Made by a program: the position numbers and the translations under genes. A stretch of 64,000 nucleotides of DNA, from the NCBI GenBank assembly GCA_002633005.1, contig NMRA01000139.1, positions 678,217-742,216 on the forward strand. The letters run 5' to 3'. The notes beneath the pieces are model-generated. The model ran no database searches. It saw only the letters and a list, made by a program, of their open reading frames with translations, and was not told the origin of the DNA. The DNA is from Phoronis australis. Its lineage: Eukaryota > Animalia > Phoronida. Shown in pieces: positions 37,844-53,152 of the stretch; positions within the stretch are counted from its first letter, which is position 1; each line of letters opens with the position of its first letter.

Positions 37844-40800
37844 CTTCCACAAAATTGTATTTTCCAACGAGTAGAACAAAACGACGCCTAAACTCCCTTG
37901 AAAGCGAACGGCATCCGCCGAGATCACGTGCTCTCAGGTCCTTCCCAGCGGAGGTGGGTCCCCAACTGGAAAGAAAAGAACATCTAAGTTAAACCGGCAA
38001 AAACAAAAATGTTAAAGAATGCGCTGCCACGCGCTTTTCAAGACTACACTGACGACTTGCTGTGTGGTCAGTCGTTTCCGTAAATAAAAACATCGTCTGA
38101 CCATTCAACTATGAATATAGCAATCAGATATGATCACAGTCGATTCTCTCGTGTATACAGTGCGCTTCTGTCATATTTCTCTCTCTGTCCTCACCAAGTC
38201 ACCTTTGTTGAGTTCTCTTTACTTTACGTGTAGCTTGTTTCAGTCAAAGGACATTAGAGAAACTTAACCTCAAATTAGTGTACACCCATTTGCTTCCAGA
38301 AACTTCAGAGAGCAAAACTAAAATGCAACAATGTTGGCTCACATGGCCACACCTAGATGGAACCCAGATGCGAACTAACCGGCCCATGAAAGAGGATAAC
38401 GGGTGGAATAACTTAATTAAGTAGTCTAATTAATTTCTTACCCGTCGTTATTAACCACCTCCAATGATACCCTGCGTTGAGTACACGTGTTTCTTGAAAA
38501 CAAGCGCATATTTCCCCCAATATACACGCGTACTAAGATGACCAGGTGTGTAAACTGTACTGACTCACGAACGCATTCACCAAGAATTTGTCCACCGTTA
38601 AGTTAATACAACCTTGACTAACCCAGATGGAAGTTGTTTTGAAATGCGTCCGTTTTTTTGTATCCAGGCAACATAATATCATTAGTTTTGTCAAATCTAA
38701 GTTGGTAATGACAATAAATTGACATCGAACACCCGTACAGTGTCAAGAAACTCCGAACGAATGATCGAATTTGCAAACGAGGCTTAATGCAGTCGTTGTT
38801 TTACGACATTGACTATTTTGCTAAACACTTTAAAATTATCATTTCAAATAACGGATCATTTAATATGGAACATGCCGATTTTGCGTTGAGGTTTTGTTAT
38901 TATGACGTTAAATAATAGGGCGCGACATCAAATTTCACAATTACGCCATAACAGCAATCAAAGCAAAGTGTAGGCATTAGTTGTGCCCTCATTTCAACTG
39001 TAAGTTTGAATTCATTAAAGCATAAATTTCTCGTCTTAATTATACCAACCCAACTTATTTCACAATCCCAACACTATAAACCATGATGGATATTTAATGA
39101 AACGCTGCGGGTAAGCGTGATCTTGAAATTGGCGCTATTTTGAAAGTTCTTATGTGACGCTATTTGAGTTTAAGATAGCCCACTATTTTTCTTGTTTCAT
39201 AGAAAACCCAATAGCCATCAAACTAAAACGTTAATGATGAAACAATAACGGTATATGTTTTTGTGTAGAATCCAAAACTCTAAAAGTTGAGGTACTCAAA
39301 TCCAGAAAACAATTTACTTACGCCGACTTAAGAAAAACAGCAAACCAGAAAATATGATTTGTCAGTGTTTGCTCTCTTCAGGAGATTGTAACGGAAAAAA
39401 CATTTTGTTTTGAAGGTTTGAAGTGGACTGTATAAAAATAAAGAAAAGTCAACAATAAAGTAAAACTTTGTCGAACACCTTTGAATCTGAAGAACACGAA
39501 TCCAGAAAAATAATACGGGACATTACATATTTGTAGCGTTTTGATGCTAAAATCATCTGATACAAAATTCAGGAAATAAGATTTGTCTACGGAACACCGG
39601 ATATAAAATTAATAGTATAGAATGAACCATATTTAATATCCACGTCTAAGGAAATACCGCAGCACCATCTACAATTCTATGGCAATTGCTGATAATGCTG
39701 CAAGTTCATAGGACACTTGGCCAAAAGTTGTATAATGCTGCCACGCAAATCACTGTTTTCAATTAACAGTAGATTGTCAATTGTATTTCTGATACCACCG
39801 AGTTGAGTATTACAGTGGCATGTGTCTACAAAGTTATGATACAATCGTACATGTACGAGATCACCAGCTGTGTCGGTGAGACGTGGAGAAACCGTTCTTC
39901 ACTTGTCCGACACGGTTTAGGGTAAGAATCGGTAGNGTGGTTGTTGTATATACCAGGGGATGCGTGAGTGTTGGCGCGCGATCAGAGTAGTATAGGGAGG
40001 GAAACCTGCCATGAGCCATGAAACTAAAAATACGGTCGTCAAGTACGTGAACCGTGACGCGACCCTCCATCACACTCCTCAGGATCCGATGACCGCCTTT
40101 TCTCCTTTTCCTAAGTATAAAGGGAGGCGTGCCTTTGCCGGATCAGAGAACTTTCATGGGACAATTATGATTGTTTTGCGATTATCTCTAGAGCAGGGAT
40201 CAACGTACATGTAGTCAACTGTCGATAGCATATGTAACTGACAGGTAGAACAGGCAGACCTCCGTCTGATGTTTATTTTTAATTGCGTAGAACAAGTTTA
40301 ACTCAGTGCAATGTGGTTAAATGTCTCACTCCTTTTTAAACACGTGTGTTGTCTGCACAAACGTGACCCAATTTCACTTTGTTGACTTTTTACGGTAGTC
40401 ATAACGCGCAGCATCTTGTATGAATTGAGTGGTCGGCTGGCAGCGATTGTTTTGGATGCTTGATTATACGGACACCGCAGTCATTAACTACGTGTAAAGC
40501 AATTCGTGATGCACTGTAAGTATAAGCGTAATGTCTGAGAGCGACGTCAGTAGATTTCATTAATCAATCCGTTCATCCATACTTTAGAGACCCATGGAAT
40601 ATGCTACAGGAAAAATACACCATTTTGCCACTTGAAGATCAAACGTTTCAGCCAAGTCGTTCGCGTTCATATGAGTCGACGATTCGTTTATCGATTAACA
40701 AGGGTGTTTTCTTAAATTTGTCTGATGCCATATTGTTCCAAGTTATTAATACATATGAGTGACCATTTTTGTGACCATACTAAAATGAGAATATGCAGTC

Positions 40801-41025
40801 TATATTTCGACCAAGCGAAAATTGAACGAGTGCAAAAATAACTCACCTCAATTTCGAAATCGAATTTAGGTTCACAGTGGACAGTTCTTATGTAACGAGT
40901 TGTGAGCATCAATTGAGCTATCTACCAACACGTAGGCAGCCTGTTGAGTTAGATGGAATTATATGTATTATATGTGGAATTTTTGACCAGATCTAGTATT
41001 ATGATCAAAGTACTGTCTCACACCG

Positions 41026-41186
41026 CAGTGGTGAATTTAAGGGGGGGGGGGGGGTCAAGGGCCCGAGGACCCCCTAAAATTCTCCCAGATTCTATTTGGC
41101 AGTACGGGGGTGCGAATGTCTGATGGGCAAAATCCTGGATAATACTGTGCCCTCCCGCCCAACTCAAAATCCTGGATCCGCCCCTG
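41026..41186 (+). mobile_element. Full-length copy of the ~160-nt GC-rich MITE family
   Basis: CAGTGGTGAATT ... GGATCCGCCCCTG imperfect TIRs. At least 4 other copies in the window. Confidence 0.8.
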
Positions 41187-44100
41187 TACTGTGTCATTAA
41201 TCCTGTATTCCGAAAGCTGGAACTTCAACCACAGGAAATCGCCCTCTCTGAAACAATTGGTGGATTTATTGGTTCAACGTTTTACACCTTTGGTAAATGT
41301 TTCTAATCGATAAAAGCCGACTTGGCACCACACCAGAGTAAGATCGTTCTGTCCAGTTTCGCGTAGTAATCCTGCGCGTGCTATTTTGGATCGGCGATGT
41401 TGGCAACACCAGTTGTATAAACTCGCTATAATTGGAGGGATGTTTGCTTTGGGAATGCTTGTATTTTTGACGTGAATTCTTGCATTCGCCTGACGAAACG
41501 TTAACACTTAAACTAATGGCATCATTAATGAAATTAAAGCGGGATCTCATCCGTACGTATGCTTTGTATTTCCACTAAGAAATTATGTTTTGATTTACTA
41601 AAATATGACCGTTTGATTTTCAGAACTTTAAATAACTGCTTCCTTCATGCGCACTACCAAGAATGCACTTATATAACAATCTAATCTCACCGCACTAAAT
41701 AATTGTACTCTTTTCATTGGGACTCACAATACAGTATGAATGCTAATAATTCGTGTGGCATTATGTCAGCATTCTTATAAAAAGATAGTCAGTCAGTAGA
41801 CACACTTCACATATCGATGAGCGTTTTTATGTTTAAATAGTATGTAAATACTCGGCAAATACTCAATTTTCACAAAAGAGAGTGATTAATTAGGTGAGCA
41901 AAATCTCCGATAACGTTAAACTGGGTGAGTTGCCGTCTTCAGCGTTAAGACTATCGTAAGCAAATTGAGCTGTTTCGTCAATTGAAACCGAAACACTCTT
42001 CGGGTGCTCTTATCAGCGTTTCTCCCAAGTGGGATGTTCTACTCACAATCGCATAGAGCCAGCCGTGTTGACTACCGAGACTACACGACCGTGTGTATTA
42101 AACAAACGTGTAAGTGACATCAATGTTGTTGTACATTGCCTCAGTCCACCATATCTTCAGACTTACAAATAATTCAAAGATCGCCCAAATCTCGTGGCAC
42201 GTGACCGTGTGTTTAGAAATCGTAAGTTACACGACTGCGGTTTCGCCAAAAATGACCGGAAGTACCAAAGTGTGGGTCCAAATTTTTTAAAAAATAGACG
42301 TTTTGTAGCCAAATACATCCCCAATGTCAGACGTTCCAATGAATCGTTCTACGAACAAATTTTTTGTTTTTCTTGATTTTTCTGTTTAGTTCGATGGTTC
42401 TACCAACAAAAAATGCACGAAATCTCGATATAAGTACCCAAATGTTAACCAGTTAAGTGAAGCTGACTTGTCGCGTCAACTTTTGTCACCACGAGAACAA
42501 CCTTCGGATGTTTATTACAATGAAGTGACCAATAGCGGTGTATGTGAAGAAGGTAAGTATTTTGGGAGCAAAAGTTTTGTTTGTTATCGAGGACGTCATA
42601 AAAATATTTTGAGCAGCAACGGCGATTACTCCAGGAAGACAAGATTGTTGTTAATGTACAAGTAGGCCTACATTAGAAATGCTTTTATTAAACTAGCCAG
42701 TAGCAAACTACTCCCACTCAGTTCAGTGCGGCGGCTAAAGCATGCAAACAGACATTCATGACACGTTTTACACATTATTTTACCAATTAAGCAAAGGTTT
42801 TCTGTTTAGTTGGTAAGCATGAAAATTGTTTCTTAAAAAATGGACGCAAGCCCCATCTTAGTTCATACTCTGTAAAGACTATTAGGATTTCCCCAATGAT
42901 CATTTTGGGAAAGAGTGAAAGGCGGACCTTACATGTTACCTTTCGTAGCGCACAACCATGCTTCACCACAAGTCCCACTCTTAATTAAATGACATACCTT
43001 TCTAGCCTGATGCCGAAAGCATTGTCTACGACTCCATAAGTTGCTACGCTTGTGGTCTTATTAAATATATAAATAAGTCTCTAGCAACAGCTATCTGTTA
43101 GGTCTGCTGTCTGTCAAGACAAAACAAATGTTTCTAATTAAATTAGGCCTACTATTGGTTGAAGAACGGATGTCTTTGGAGGTCAGATCAATGAAAACGT
43201 TCGTCACGATGAGTTTATTTCAGACTCATATAAAGACACAGACGAACATGTACATGTACATGTAGTTAGACCCTCATATATCTCACACCGTTGTTTGAGA
43301 AGAGATGTTGATCTAACTTTAGTATTATTTTAAGCATAACCTCAATAAATCAATCTTTGTTAAAGCCTGAACGTTATATAAATCCACCCATTTGAATCGA
43401 ACTGCAGAGCCTAAGTGTCATTAAACCAAAGCTTTCAGTCAAAAATAAATTTTGATTTAAACCACTTAACGCTGTTTCGAATCTTCCTCAATTTATATGT
43501 ACGTGTAATAGCAAGGGGTAAGGACCAACTTACAATCCGTTATTTCTTCAGACCAAGGTAACATAGTCCGGTCATGGCGTGCTCCGGAAATTTATTAGGT
43601 TGATATGAAGTGATCACAAACTGTCAGCACTTTCAAAACTCTGAAATCGCCTCTAATTTGATTAAAGAACAATTTGAGACCAAGTTACATAATGGTAAGC
43701 AGTGCAAATTAAGATTTGTTTTGTTTTGACGGAAACCATGTGCATGTCGCCGTATTAGCGAAAAAGTGGAAATGTTCGTGTTTTGAGTGGACAAGTGTTA
43801 TTAACGTCTCGCCAGCATTTCTATTACACGCTACTTACCATTGGTGCTTACGGCTGAGAGTGCGTCCATCGGTGTTGTGTTTAAACCATGGGTGCAGATC
43901 TTTAGAAGTCCCTCAGACTGTTTACATCGGGATTATTACAGATTGAAAATTGTTCTCAGAAAACGACTTGTCGCGGTCAAGATAAAGCTTTAAACAAATC
44001 AATGTACCCGAAGCATCTAATACAAGTCGTGGAATGCGTTTTATCAAACGGAACAACGACAGAGGGTGAAGCCTTACGCCTGCAAAGTAAAGACGCTATA

Positions 44101-47100
44101 ATACCCTACCTGATATACTTTCAGTAATAATGAGAGGCTTTAAGCTTATAGTCAAATTTCTAAGGTTTCATTAAAGATTTGCCCACTGGATACATCCAGT
44201 TCGGCAATGGTAATCCCAACGTTTAGTAAATCGTTGATCTCTCAAATACAAAAGAGAACCACACAATCCACTTATCGCGATTGTTTCTGGGATTTTGAAA
44301 GTGCTCTGCATGGGGTCGTATATTTCCGAACAAATCGGATTCCCAGGCCCACCCAGTACACTGACTAGAGGATTATACTTGCCTCAAAGAAATTTATCTT
44401 GACATCGACATTGCGGTTTTTGTTTCCTTTGAAGTTTCTTATAAGTAATTCTAGTACCTCATAAGCAGCCGCTCGTATTCCGTGAGAGATACCCCCGGCT
44501 ATCAACCATCCCCAACAGAGCGTCCCCAAATGGGGTTGACTGGCGACCCGGACGATAAATTGAAGACGAGCTGAAAGCTCCTGTTCACATTACGGACACG
44601 ATTCACGTATGCATGATTGGATATCTATGGTGGCCAATGTGGTCGTTATAGCGTATGCAAATACACCTAGCGTTCCTAAACTTCTGCCACAGTCATAATC
44701 CTTTCACTGACGTCTCGTAGGCCTACTGGGCTTGTTCAGTAAAATTAATGAGCTGCGAGCGCAAACGTTATCTGTGCTGCGTCCCAAAGGAGCAAAACAC
44801 TCGCGAGAAAGCTAGTTTGATCATCCATTCCGCTTGAAATGTGCATGGTGATATATCGGGAATGTTTACGTGATCTTGCGTCGTGGGGACACTCTTGCGT
44901 CTACGGAACGCATCCCGATGTGGTACCAAATCTTTATATCCCAACTGGAAATTATTTCTGACACTTTCAGTTCTAGTGAATACGACCTCAAGAAAACTGT
45001 CCGTTTTTTGTGCTTGGGTATATCACGGTTTACGCAGGTGATTAGACTATTAAGTCCATATTTGCACTTGATGACCTCTTTATTGAACCTACATGCGCGT
45101 AGAATATACAGTAAAACTTACTTCCAATAAGAACTGGGGAATTCGATTTCAGACCCTAATAGTCTTACGATTAGACAGACATGCACGTAAATCGCACAGT
45201 AGCTCGATCTACTCAAGCCGACAGAATAATAGATACTTACATGTATCTTCAATTCGCACAAGACTAGAAAGAAAAACGTTAACAATAATTTCGAGTTCGA
45301 TCAGGATTGCAAATTAGGGTATAGCGGAAATACGGCACTTGTATCCGTTTACCGAGTCAATCAGAACTCACACACCTTTATGTGGTGATTGACACTCTTA
45401 TCTGTGTTCTCAGAACAATTAAACCAGGTTGCAAACTTTTCAACAGTTGTGACTGCTTCCGTCACTAGGGCAGTTACAACTATTGTAATCCTAGTTCTCG
45501 GTTGTAGCCGATAGTCGTCAGTGCTATGGCCTTCCAATTTACACGAATCAATGTGGACTATGTGCGCCATTGTTTCTAGCGAAATTTGACAGGAAAGCTA
45601 CTTTCTGAGTTAACGTTTGGTAACTGCTGTGTTCAACCGCTCGCTAAGCCATCGCAGAGTTGTAACTTTGTTACAGTTACAAGTTTTTAACCCAGTTTTT
45701 GTACAGTAGTGTTAGGTTTGAGAGTTTTAGCATCGGACCGTCGGTATTTAATGCACAGGGCAGAAGTCAACCTGATCATCCGGACAATCAGTCAGATGCT
45801 CATCCGAGTCTCACGTTCACAGCCACCTATTTACGACTTGCCGGTACAACACTTGATCAACCTAACGTGGACTCTACTGAAATTGTGAACGCGAGCCACT
45901 TGTCCACGAGTATGCCACTAAACAGATATTTAATGTTTTGTAACCACAGGGAAAGTAAACAGACAAGCTTGGCACGGTCCCTAGAAGAACTTCAACAAAA
46001 AAGAAATCTAAAATTGTCATTTGTTCGGGCCGTTCGCTATTCTGTGAATTACATCCAAGAGACTTAAGTGAAACTACACCTGTCTGGAGTTGCTGAGACA
46101 TTTTGAGTACACTGTACTTACATGTATGCGCTGATTTAGTGTGTCAGAGAAATATGTCCACCTTTGCGTCATTCCACTCCATTTAATTCCGAACACTACA
46201 TGTACATTCGCTCTGCCACCGATAGAAACACAGCTCAGTTAAGGTTGTTACCCTCTTATCGACATTTATTAAAAGTCTATTCGCTGGTTTGAGGTAGGGT
46301 CGCAAGTTTTGACCGTGACTTGAATCAGGAGTTGAAACCGAGGTATTACTATGTCGAGAGAAAAGTGTTGGTCATATTTTCAACTTATCTTAAGCCCACC
46401 GAATATTGTAGATGGTACACCCTAGCTTACTGACAGTTTAAATCAGATTTGCTACTAAAGGAAATTCTAAAATCTTTAACGGAACGTTTGCGTTTTGATT
46501 ATATGATACAGGTTAACACGTGAAAGTCTTCACTGAAAGTCCCCAGAACCACCCACTAAGGATGTGCGTATACCACATGCATGTACTTCTACCTTATACG
46601 CATCACATATGCGTTTCAATCAACCAAACAAGCGAAAAAACTTTCTGGTCTCACAGAGATTTTTCCAAGTGCATTCTGAAGTACATACAATGTAGGGTTT
46701 TGTACGAATGCACAGGTTGAGTAAACACTGTTGAAAAAATATTTCAAAAGTGTGCAAATGTTGCGACTCCATATCCTGTATCTACATTTTGCAGACTTTA
46801 CTGCACAGTATATCCCACCCTGTCATTTCCTCCGTGTGTCCGATATTTAACCACTGGTTCGGCGATGGCCTTTGATTTTTTATCAAGCGGTATAATGGCG
46901 TTAACATACCTTTTCAAAACAATTCGTCCATTAACAGGATAAAAACACACTTAAAGACATGTGATGTTTTACCTAGAAAAACAAGTTACACAAAGGACAG
47001 TATTTGCCCAAACTTGAATAGAGACGGAAGAAATATGTATAATCCGATTACCAACGCTAACTGGTCAATGGTTCATTGCTGTGGCTATTCCCTTCTAGCA

Positions 47101-47604
47101 CAAAACATACAATGTAGAAATTATCTTCATAAAGGACTCCGTTTTAACTAATTTGACTAGCCCTTCATAGATTTAAAGAATTACCGAAAACTGTCCCCCA
47201 ATGAGTATATGTACTAAAGCGAGTTACTATCGGCATACTTTGCTGAGGATGAAACTCTTTGCTGAGTAAAAACCAACTATTCCTAAAATATCGTCTCCAC
47301 AAAACTCTGAAAACCGTGTCGCCTCACTGTATTACACGTAGGTAAACAAACTAAAATAGTTTCGATAATTGAGACATTATTCTTTAAGTGCCCTGGTTGT
47401 TACACAAAAAGTAGACGCCGTGAATGTAACTATACTTTGCAAATCTAATCTTGTCTTTCTTTGGTTTTTCAACTTTCCAAAAAGATTTTAACTTGAGATC
47501 TATACATTTTTCGCTTAAGCAATATGTATTCAAAAACTAACGAAAAACCGCCTAAAATAAGCAAAATTATTGAAATCTTTGCTCCAACTAACGCCACACA
47601 CTTA

Positions 47605-47641
47605 CGCACACGCACACACACACACACACTCACGCACACAC
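47605..47641. repeat. Imperfect (CA)n microsatellite
   Basis: ACGCACACGCACACACACACACACACTCACGCACACA. Confidence 0.8.
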
Positions 47642-50559
47642 CGATAACCGAATTTGTTGGAGTGTTTGGTGCGTCAGGTAAAAAGCAATTACGTTAGGTT
47701 GGAATTCACAGATTTGGTAGTACGGATGGTCAGCGGATTATCTTTAGTGCAATGGCTCAAGCTTAGAAAGGCATTCGCTTTGAAGGGATTATATCAGACA
47801 ATGCTATCATCTAATGCGACAGCGCGTCAGCATAAAGATGGGTATTACTGTGGGAGCATCGCGCTAATTGAAAGACTGGTGCTAAACACTCCCTCATCTA
47901 AGGTCCGTCTTCGTCAGTGAAGTCCCACGTGTACATTTCATTGCACTGTTAAAGAAATGGACTTTTCAAGTCTTTTTCAAAAGAAAAAAATCAAACTAAT
48001 CAAACGTCTGAATGATTCCTTTTTGCACTAGCGGTGCTTTGCGACTGAAATCGGGTCTATTTCCTGACATAAATTGCATCCGATGACGACATTATGCAAT
48101 TTAAATATAAGGGGCACCAATGACAAATAGATATTAGGACAGTGGTTTTGATAAACCGAATCACTGGCTAGTGACAACGTCAGCGATGTTTGAAAGGTGC
48201 TTGCTGGAACGGTAAGTTTTATTATTGAATCACCAGGAGAGGTCCAGATAAACACGAGAGCATTTAATACTAGGCTTTCACTGGTGTTTAGCTGAAATGA
48301 ATGCAAACATTCAAGAAGAGTACTCGAAACATGAGACAAGAACAAATAAGCGATTAAAGTTCGATAGTGGTTCTGGTAAATCAAATTCTCATAAGTCCAT
48401 TGAAACCCTAATCGTGTCAATCCCAGAAACGGAGGCAAAGAATGACGTGCACTCTTCGAATCATACTCACTATATGTACTGGAGGTGTGGGGAGGGAGGC
48501 AGTCGAATATTGTAATTATACAAGGAAAAAGGCGAAATGAAATCGGACACACCGAATTCAGTGGATGTTAAAACAAAATTCGGGACCGAAATCAAGAGTA
48601 GGCAATCATTAAAGTTTATGTGCTAAAAGGTTAACAATCATTGATATCACGTGAACAAATACGCGGATAAACGTCAGTTCAACAACTAACTAATTACAAC
48701 TAATAGTTTCCAATTAGTTCAAAACTTATTTTGATAGCAGTGGTCCATCAAAGTGTTCCTTTCACGTGTCAGAATGTGATCTCTATGTTGATGTACCACG
48801 TATAGAGGCCGACACACGCCTCGTGAACATTGATTTGCATCTTGTAAAATCGCTGAAGACCCATCTACATGTATAAAGCAAGGTCACCGTACTGACTCGC
48901 AACCACTGTATATTTACAAAAACTATCGTGCAATCCAATATTGTACACGACTGTTCAAATATTTGCATCGTTATTGCCACATCTTCACAGACACCAGTTG
49001 CAAGAGATCACCAATTCAATCTATTTTGTAGATGTACTATAATAGTAAAAGTGAACCTATAACTATAAAGTCAAACACAAAGGTGAAAACTACGTTCGTA
49101 TACCCTGCCAAAGTTAATTGATTAAAATTCCACGCAACTGTGATTATTTCAAGCCTGTCGAAATCAGAAGCTTCAAGATGGACTAACTCAATTCAGATTT
49201 AGCAGCGGTGAATCAAAGATGTTTCCGTTGATGAAATCAATGATCTCCAATCGCTGCAACGTTTCATGGTGTGTAATTTGGAATGAAAGTCGACACCGTG
49301 TCAAATGGTACCATCCAAAATATTGTCCAAAACAATGGTTTTGTTGAAAATCGCGTTTCAGGTGTTTAAAGAGATCAACTACTTATAAACAAAGACCGTA
49401 CAAGTGCTCCAAATAGACTAACAACGTCATATTTTGGAAAGCAATTTAAACTAGAAGTGACATCTCACAGTGATTCGAGAATCAATCTAAGACATGACAA
49501 GACATTCCTGCACGTATGGAAATTTTAATAGTGCACAGTAAGCAACAATACCGTTCTGAGGTTCTAATTTGATGGTTAAGCGATCAATTAAAAAAAAAGT
49601 TGTTACATTTCCCGATCACACCGCTCACCAATGCGTCGTAAATCTCTTGAATTACCAACGAATTTTTAATTTCATTAAAAAAACAATGGGAGCGCTTTGG
49701 TCGGTTTAAAGCAGTTTCCATAAAGACAGCTCTAAGTGTCTAAGTGTTGAATCTGACTCTACTGATTCATTGCTAATGAATAAGCAATTTTCAATAGCAG
49801 TCTGCGTTGTAATTTTTCTAAACCTCATTGGTCAGAGAACGACGATGTGACTTTTCATTTTAACCCATTGATGGTTGCCTAGCATTTTCACTTCACACAA
49901 GAATGATACACAATTTTTTAATTTAAAGCATTAATCTAATAGTATCTTACCTGTATTCTTAAATTAACACTGCCACCTTTTGTTGACGAGTTCCACCAAC
50001 CGACTTTCTCGCACCTTTCCTCTTCGGCTGCTTATAGCATCTATTACACAGGATTCTGTGTCGACCAGGTATATTGTGCAAACAGAGAGGGCCTGCCAGG
50101 ATTGTGAGCTCAGTAAACACTTGGCGAAATCGGGCAATAATCATAACATTTACAATATCCACAAAATAGGTGGGCTCACGCCGCGTAATGACAAAGGACA
50201 AGGATGGACGACAATGCCTTAACGGCTACTGTTCCCGTCACCGTTGTTTATTCCATTCAGCCTTCATTGTCCAGTTGTTGATCTTCAAATAGATGAGGGC
50301 TGAAGTCATACCTAACTGAGTGTGAGAACGATGATACCCTCTGTTTCATTCGGTCGGTGATCTGGGGGTTTCTGTCTGATATTCACTTATGGATTAGGTC
50401 TATGTTGACATTTGAAAATTAACCAATAGCTTAGAAGGTCTATAATGATCGCTTCTCAGGGTTTTGTTTGGTAATTTTATTTTTCCAATAGTCGAATTGC
50501 AAATACACGTTTGTGGGGGCGGGTTGTTACTTCGAAAGGCCTTTGGGAAGGGTGGTCAT

Positions 50560-50636
50560 CAAAAACGATAGGGTTAAGAGTTGCGTCCCTTGTTCCAAAA
50601 ACGATAGGGTTAAGAGTTGCGTCCCTTGTTCCAAAA
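50560..50636. repeat. Perfect 36-bp tandem duplication
   Basis: CAAAAACGATAGGGTTAAGAGTTGCGTCCCTTGTTC x2. Confidence 0.9.
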
Positions 50637-52369
50637 GTGACTCCAAATTAAGTTGAAAAGCCTGCAAAAATAACCGTTTTTTGTCTCGTCACATAATTAA
50701 TTGCCCGCTCCTTAGAAATTGCATAACTAAATTGTTCCACGTCATTGAAGCCGGACTGGCGCGCTTTCTGTTCACCAAATGACAGGACATGTTGACAACC
50801 ACGCAAAAATTAAAAACGTGTGCGAAATAATGGCCCAAAATAACAGTCTTTCACTGTACAGGTCTTCCACATTAATAGCATTCCGGGCGAAAATCCCTGT
50901 CATGGTTTGGTACTGTATCAGGATAGGTGATGAGTAAGTAAACAATACGTTTAATTGGCTATGTAAATTTGATTTGATTGTAATTCTTCTTATTAGAAAC
51001 TCATCCACAGAAACTCATGCTCGAAGGCGCAACAAAAACACTCCCAAACAATGAGCGGGAACGAGGCTATAGATCTGAACTGTGATAAATCACCATCAAC
51101 TCACTTTGAGCTTGTTTTTTTAGTCGACGTCAATTGAAGCAAACATAGTCCGCGATTGGTCTTTAGTGAACCTTAAAACTTAAAATCCCTCGGACTTATC
51201 TCAAATTTCCCCAACTGCGCACACCTGTTATTTGACATTGTTACGAGTGTCACTATACTGGTGAATCTGAAAGGGAATGGTGTAATTGGGTACGAAATCT
51301 CTTCTGAATACTGGTTTGTGCTGTTTTATGATTAGTAGTGCTACATGAACATATTTTTGCTTACTTGTTGTACCCTGCGCCCGGGGACGACAGTGTATTA
51401 TGTTCTTGTCACGGTGTAGGTAGATTTTTAGAATAGGGCCTACGCACCGAAAAAAGACCCATGGGAAGGGAGCCTTCCTAAGGGTTTATTCGAGAATGTC
51501 CACTCCGTTGACTGTGGTTATTCCATAAACATTACGTTTAAACAAGAAGAAGAGATTCCATGTTGTGCAAATGGGAGTACATTTTGCAATCATATTATCA
51601 TTAAGGCTACAATTACAAATAGTCATGGTACATCTGTACGTTAGTAACGCTTTGAGCGTCCGAATATCTTTGAGAAATTCAATCGGAAATGCTCTTTTTG
51701 CACGGAATCGTCTCGTTAAAAGCACCCTAGAACCGGAAAAGACTTCTGTCTGAACGAAATGCTCCGTTAACTTCATCTACGAGACGTCCCTGCCTCCGGG
51801 TTCATGGTTCTATGTAGGCGTGTCTTTAATCGGAACCGTCCGTTAAAGAGCCAGACACACCCTCGTGAAAACAGCTACGAAAATGAACGAATAGATCTGA
51901 CGAATGAATCAGAAAATGACAAGCATTCGGCAAGTCCTCTGTCTCTCAATGTGAATATTCTCAAACTTGATTGGTTGTTGCGGTCCGTCAATGTAAATAA
52001 TCAAAACGTCCAGGGTTCATTGTTAGATAGAGTCGAGGTATGCCGGTCATTGCATAGCATCATTTCTTCCAGCTACGTACAGTGTATTATATTGTCTGGT
52101 GCTTTTCTGCTACTACATGTACGACTTATATTCTGCATTAACTATGCGTCTCTTTCTAGGGGGTAGGTGTGGGTGTGGGTGTGGGGTTGAGAGTGGGGTG
52201 GGGTTAGCTCACGTTCAGCAATTGCCAAAGGTACCTCGAATCTTCTCATTCTGCCAACCTGCGTACTGTGCTGACTTTGGGCTGCGCTCCGTAGACCCAA
52301 AACCAAAGTTGTGCACTTGTGGCGAAAACCTCAACGACAAATCACTTTTAGTTGCCACCATTTTGATAA

Positions 52370-52619
52370 GTTGCGCTAGAAAGGTCTTGAGTGTTACCTC
52401 TCGTGGTGTTGGGAGGACTTACTGTTCTTGCAAGAAACTTGGACTACCGAACGCACCTCGAGGTCACAAACTGGTTGACGTTCATCATTTGATATCATTT
52501 GAATTTCTCGAAATGTGCCCAGCCATTTGCCGGTTTCTTTGACTACATGAATTTGTTCATTAGTTTCGGAAAATAAAAAAACCTAAAAATCAGACGGACC
52601 TCAAAATCGGTCGGGCCTA
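52370..52619 (-). mobile_element. Possible decayed hAT element 5' end with a BED-finger remnant
   Basis: TAGGCCCGACCGA terminus and CCGA/CGG subterminal motifs. Translation KKPANGWAHFEK...SRCVR*...GNTQDL resembles BED (WxHF...CxxC...GxTxxL) but contains stops. Confidence 0.3.
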
Positions 52620-53016
52620 AAAACCGAACGGAGTTGATTGTAGGACGTTTTATAAAACCTTGATTGATACCAAATCTGATCAATACGTGACAACATTTTT
52701 CGGTCCATTCCAATGCATTCAACGTCCAGTACCATGTCGTGTTTATAGCATTACCTAATTAAGACGTCAACGACAGAGGATGTGCTTTTCACCCCCCATT
52801 GGACCCAATGGAATTTATCATCAAACAAAATGTTGAACCTAAAAGCTTTCTCAACCACTGAAAAAACAAATCCGAAAGAACAGAGAATCCACATCTGTTT
52901 CATTTAGTTGTCTTTGAACTAAATACAAATCCCGGCAGCACCCGTTCGCGCGTAAAGCGATGAGCACGCATAGAAACTTCATGCATTTACATTGCACGCG
53001 CATTGGTTGCCTTACG

Positions 53017-53152
53017 GTGGCCCAAAGATGACATACCGTGTTTCTTTTTTAATTATCTCAGGTTCTCTAGATCCTGACTTAATTATCGCAGCATCTTCTG
53101 ATCTCGAGATCCTGATATGATTAACAAAGAAACGTGCGATGTCATCTTGGGC
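53017..53152. mobile_element. Palindromic MITE/foldback
   Basis: GCCCAAAGATGACAT...TTAATTATCTCAGGTTCTCTAGATC paired with GATCTCGAGATCCTGATATGATTAA...ATGTCATCTTGGGC. Confidence 0.7.

Noticed and set aside
47654-47920. RQHKDGYYCG resembling the Ulp1 protease Q-x-x-G-x-D-C-G motif
   Set aside because: The motif is imperfect and there is no upstream HW catalytic motif. Not supportable.
48028-48552. Longest non-receptor ORF (174 aa) and other 60-150 aa ORFs in 38-64 kb
   Set aside because: No recognisable domain or exon-like boundaries. Consistent with random ORFs in non-coding DNA.
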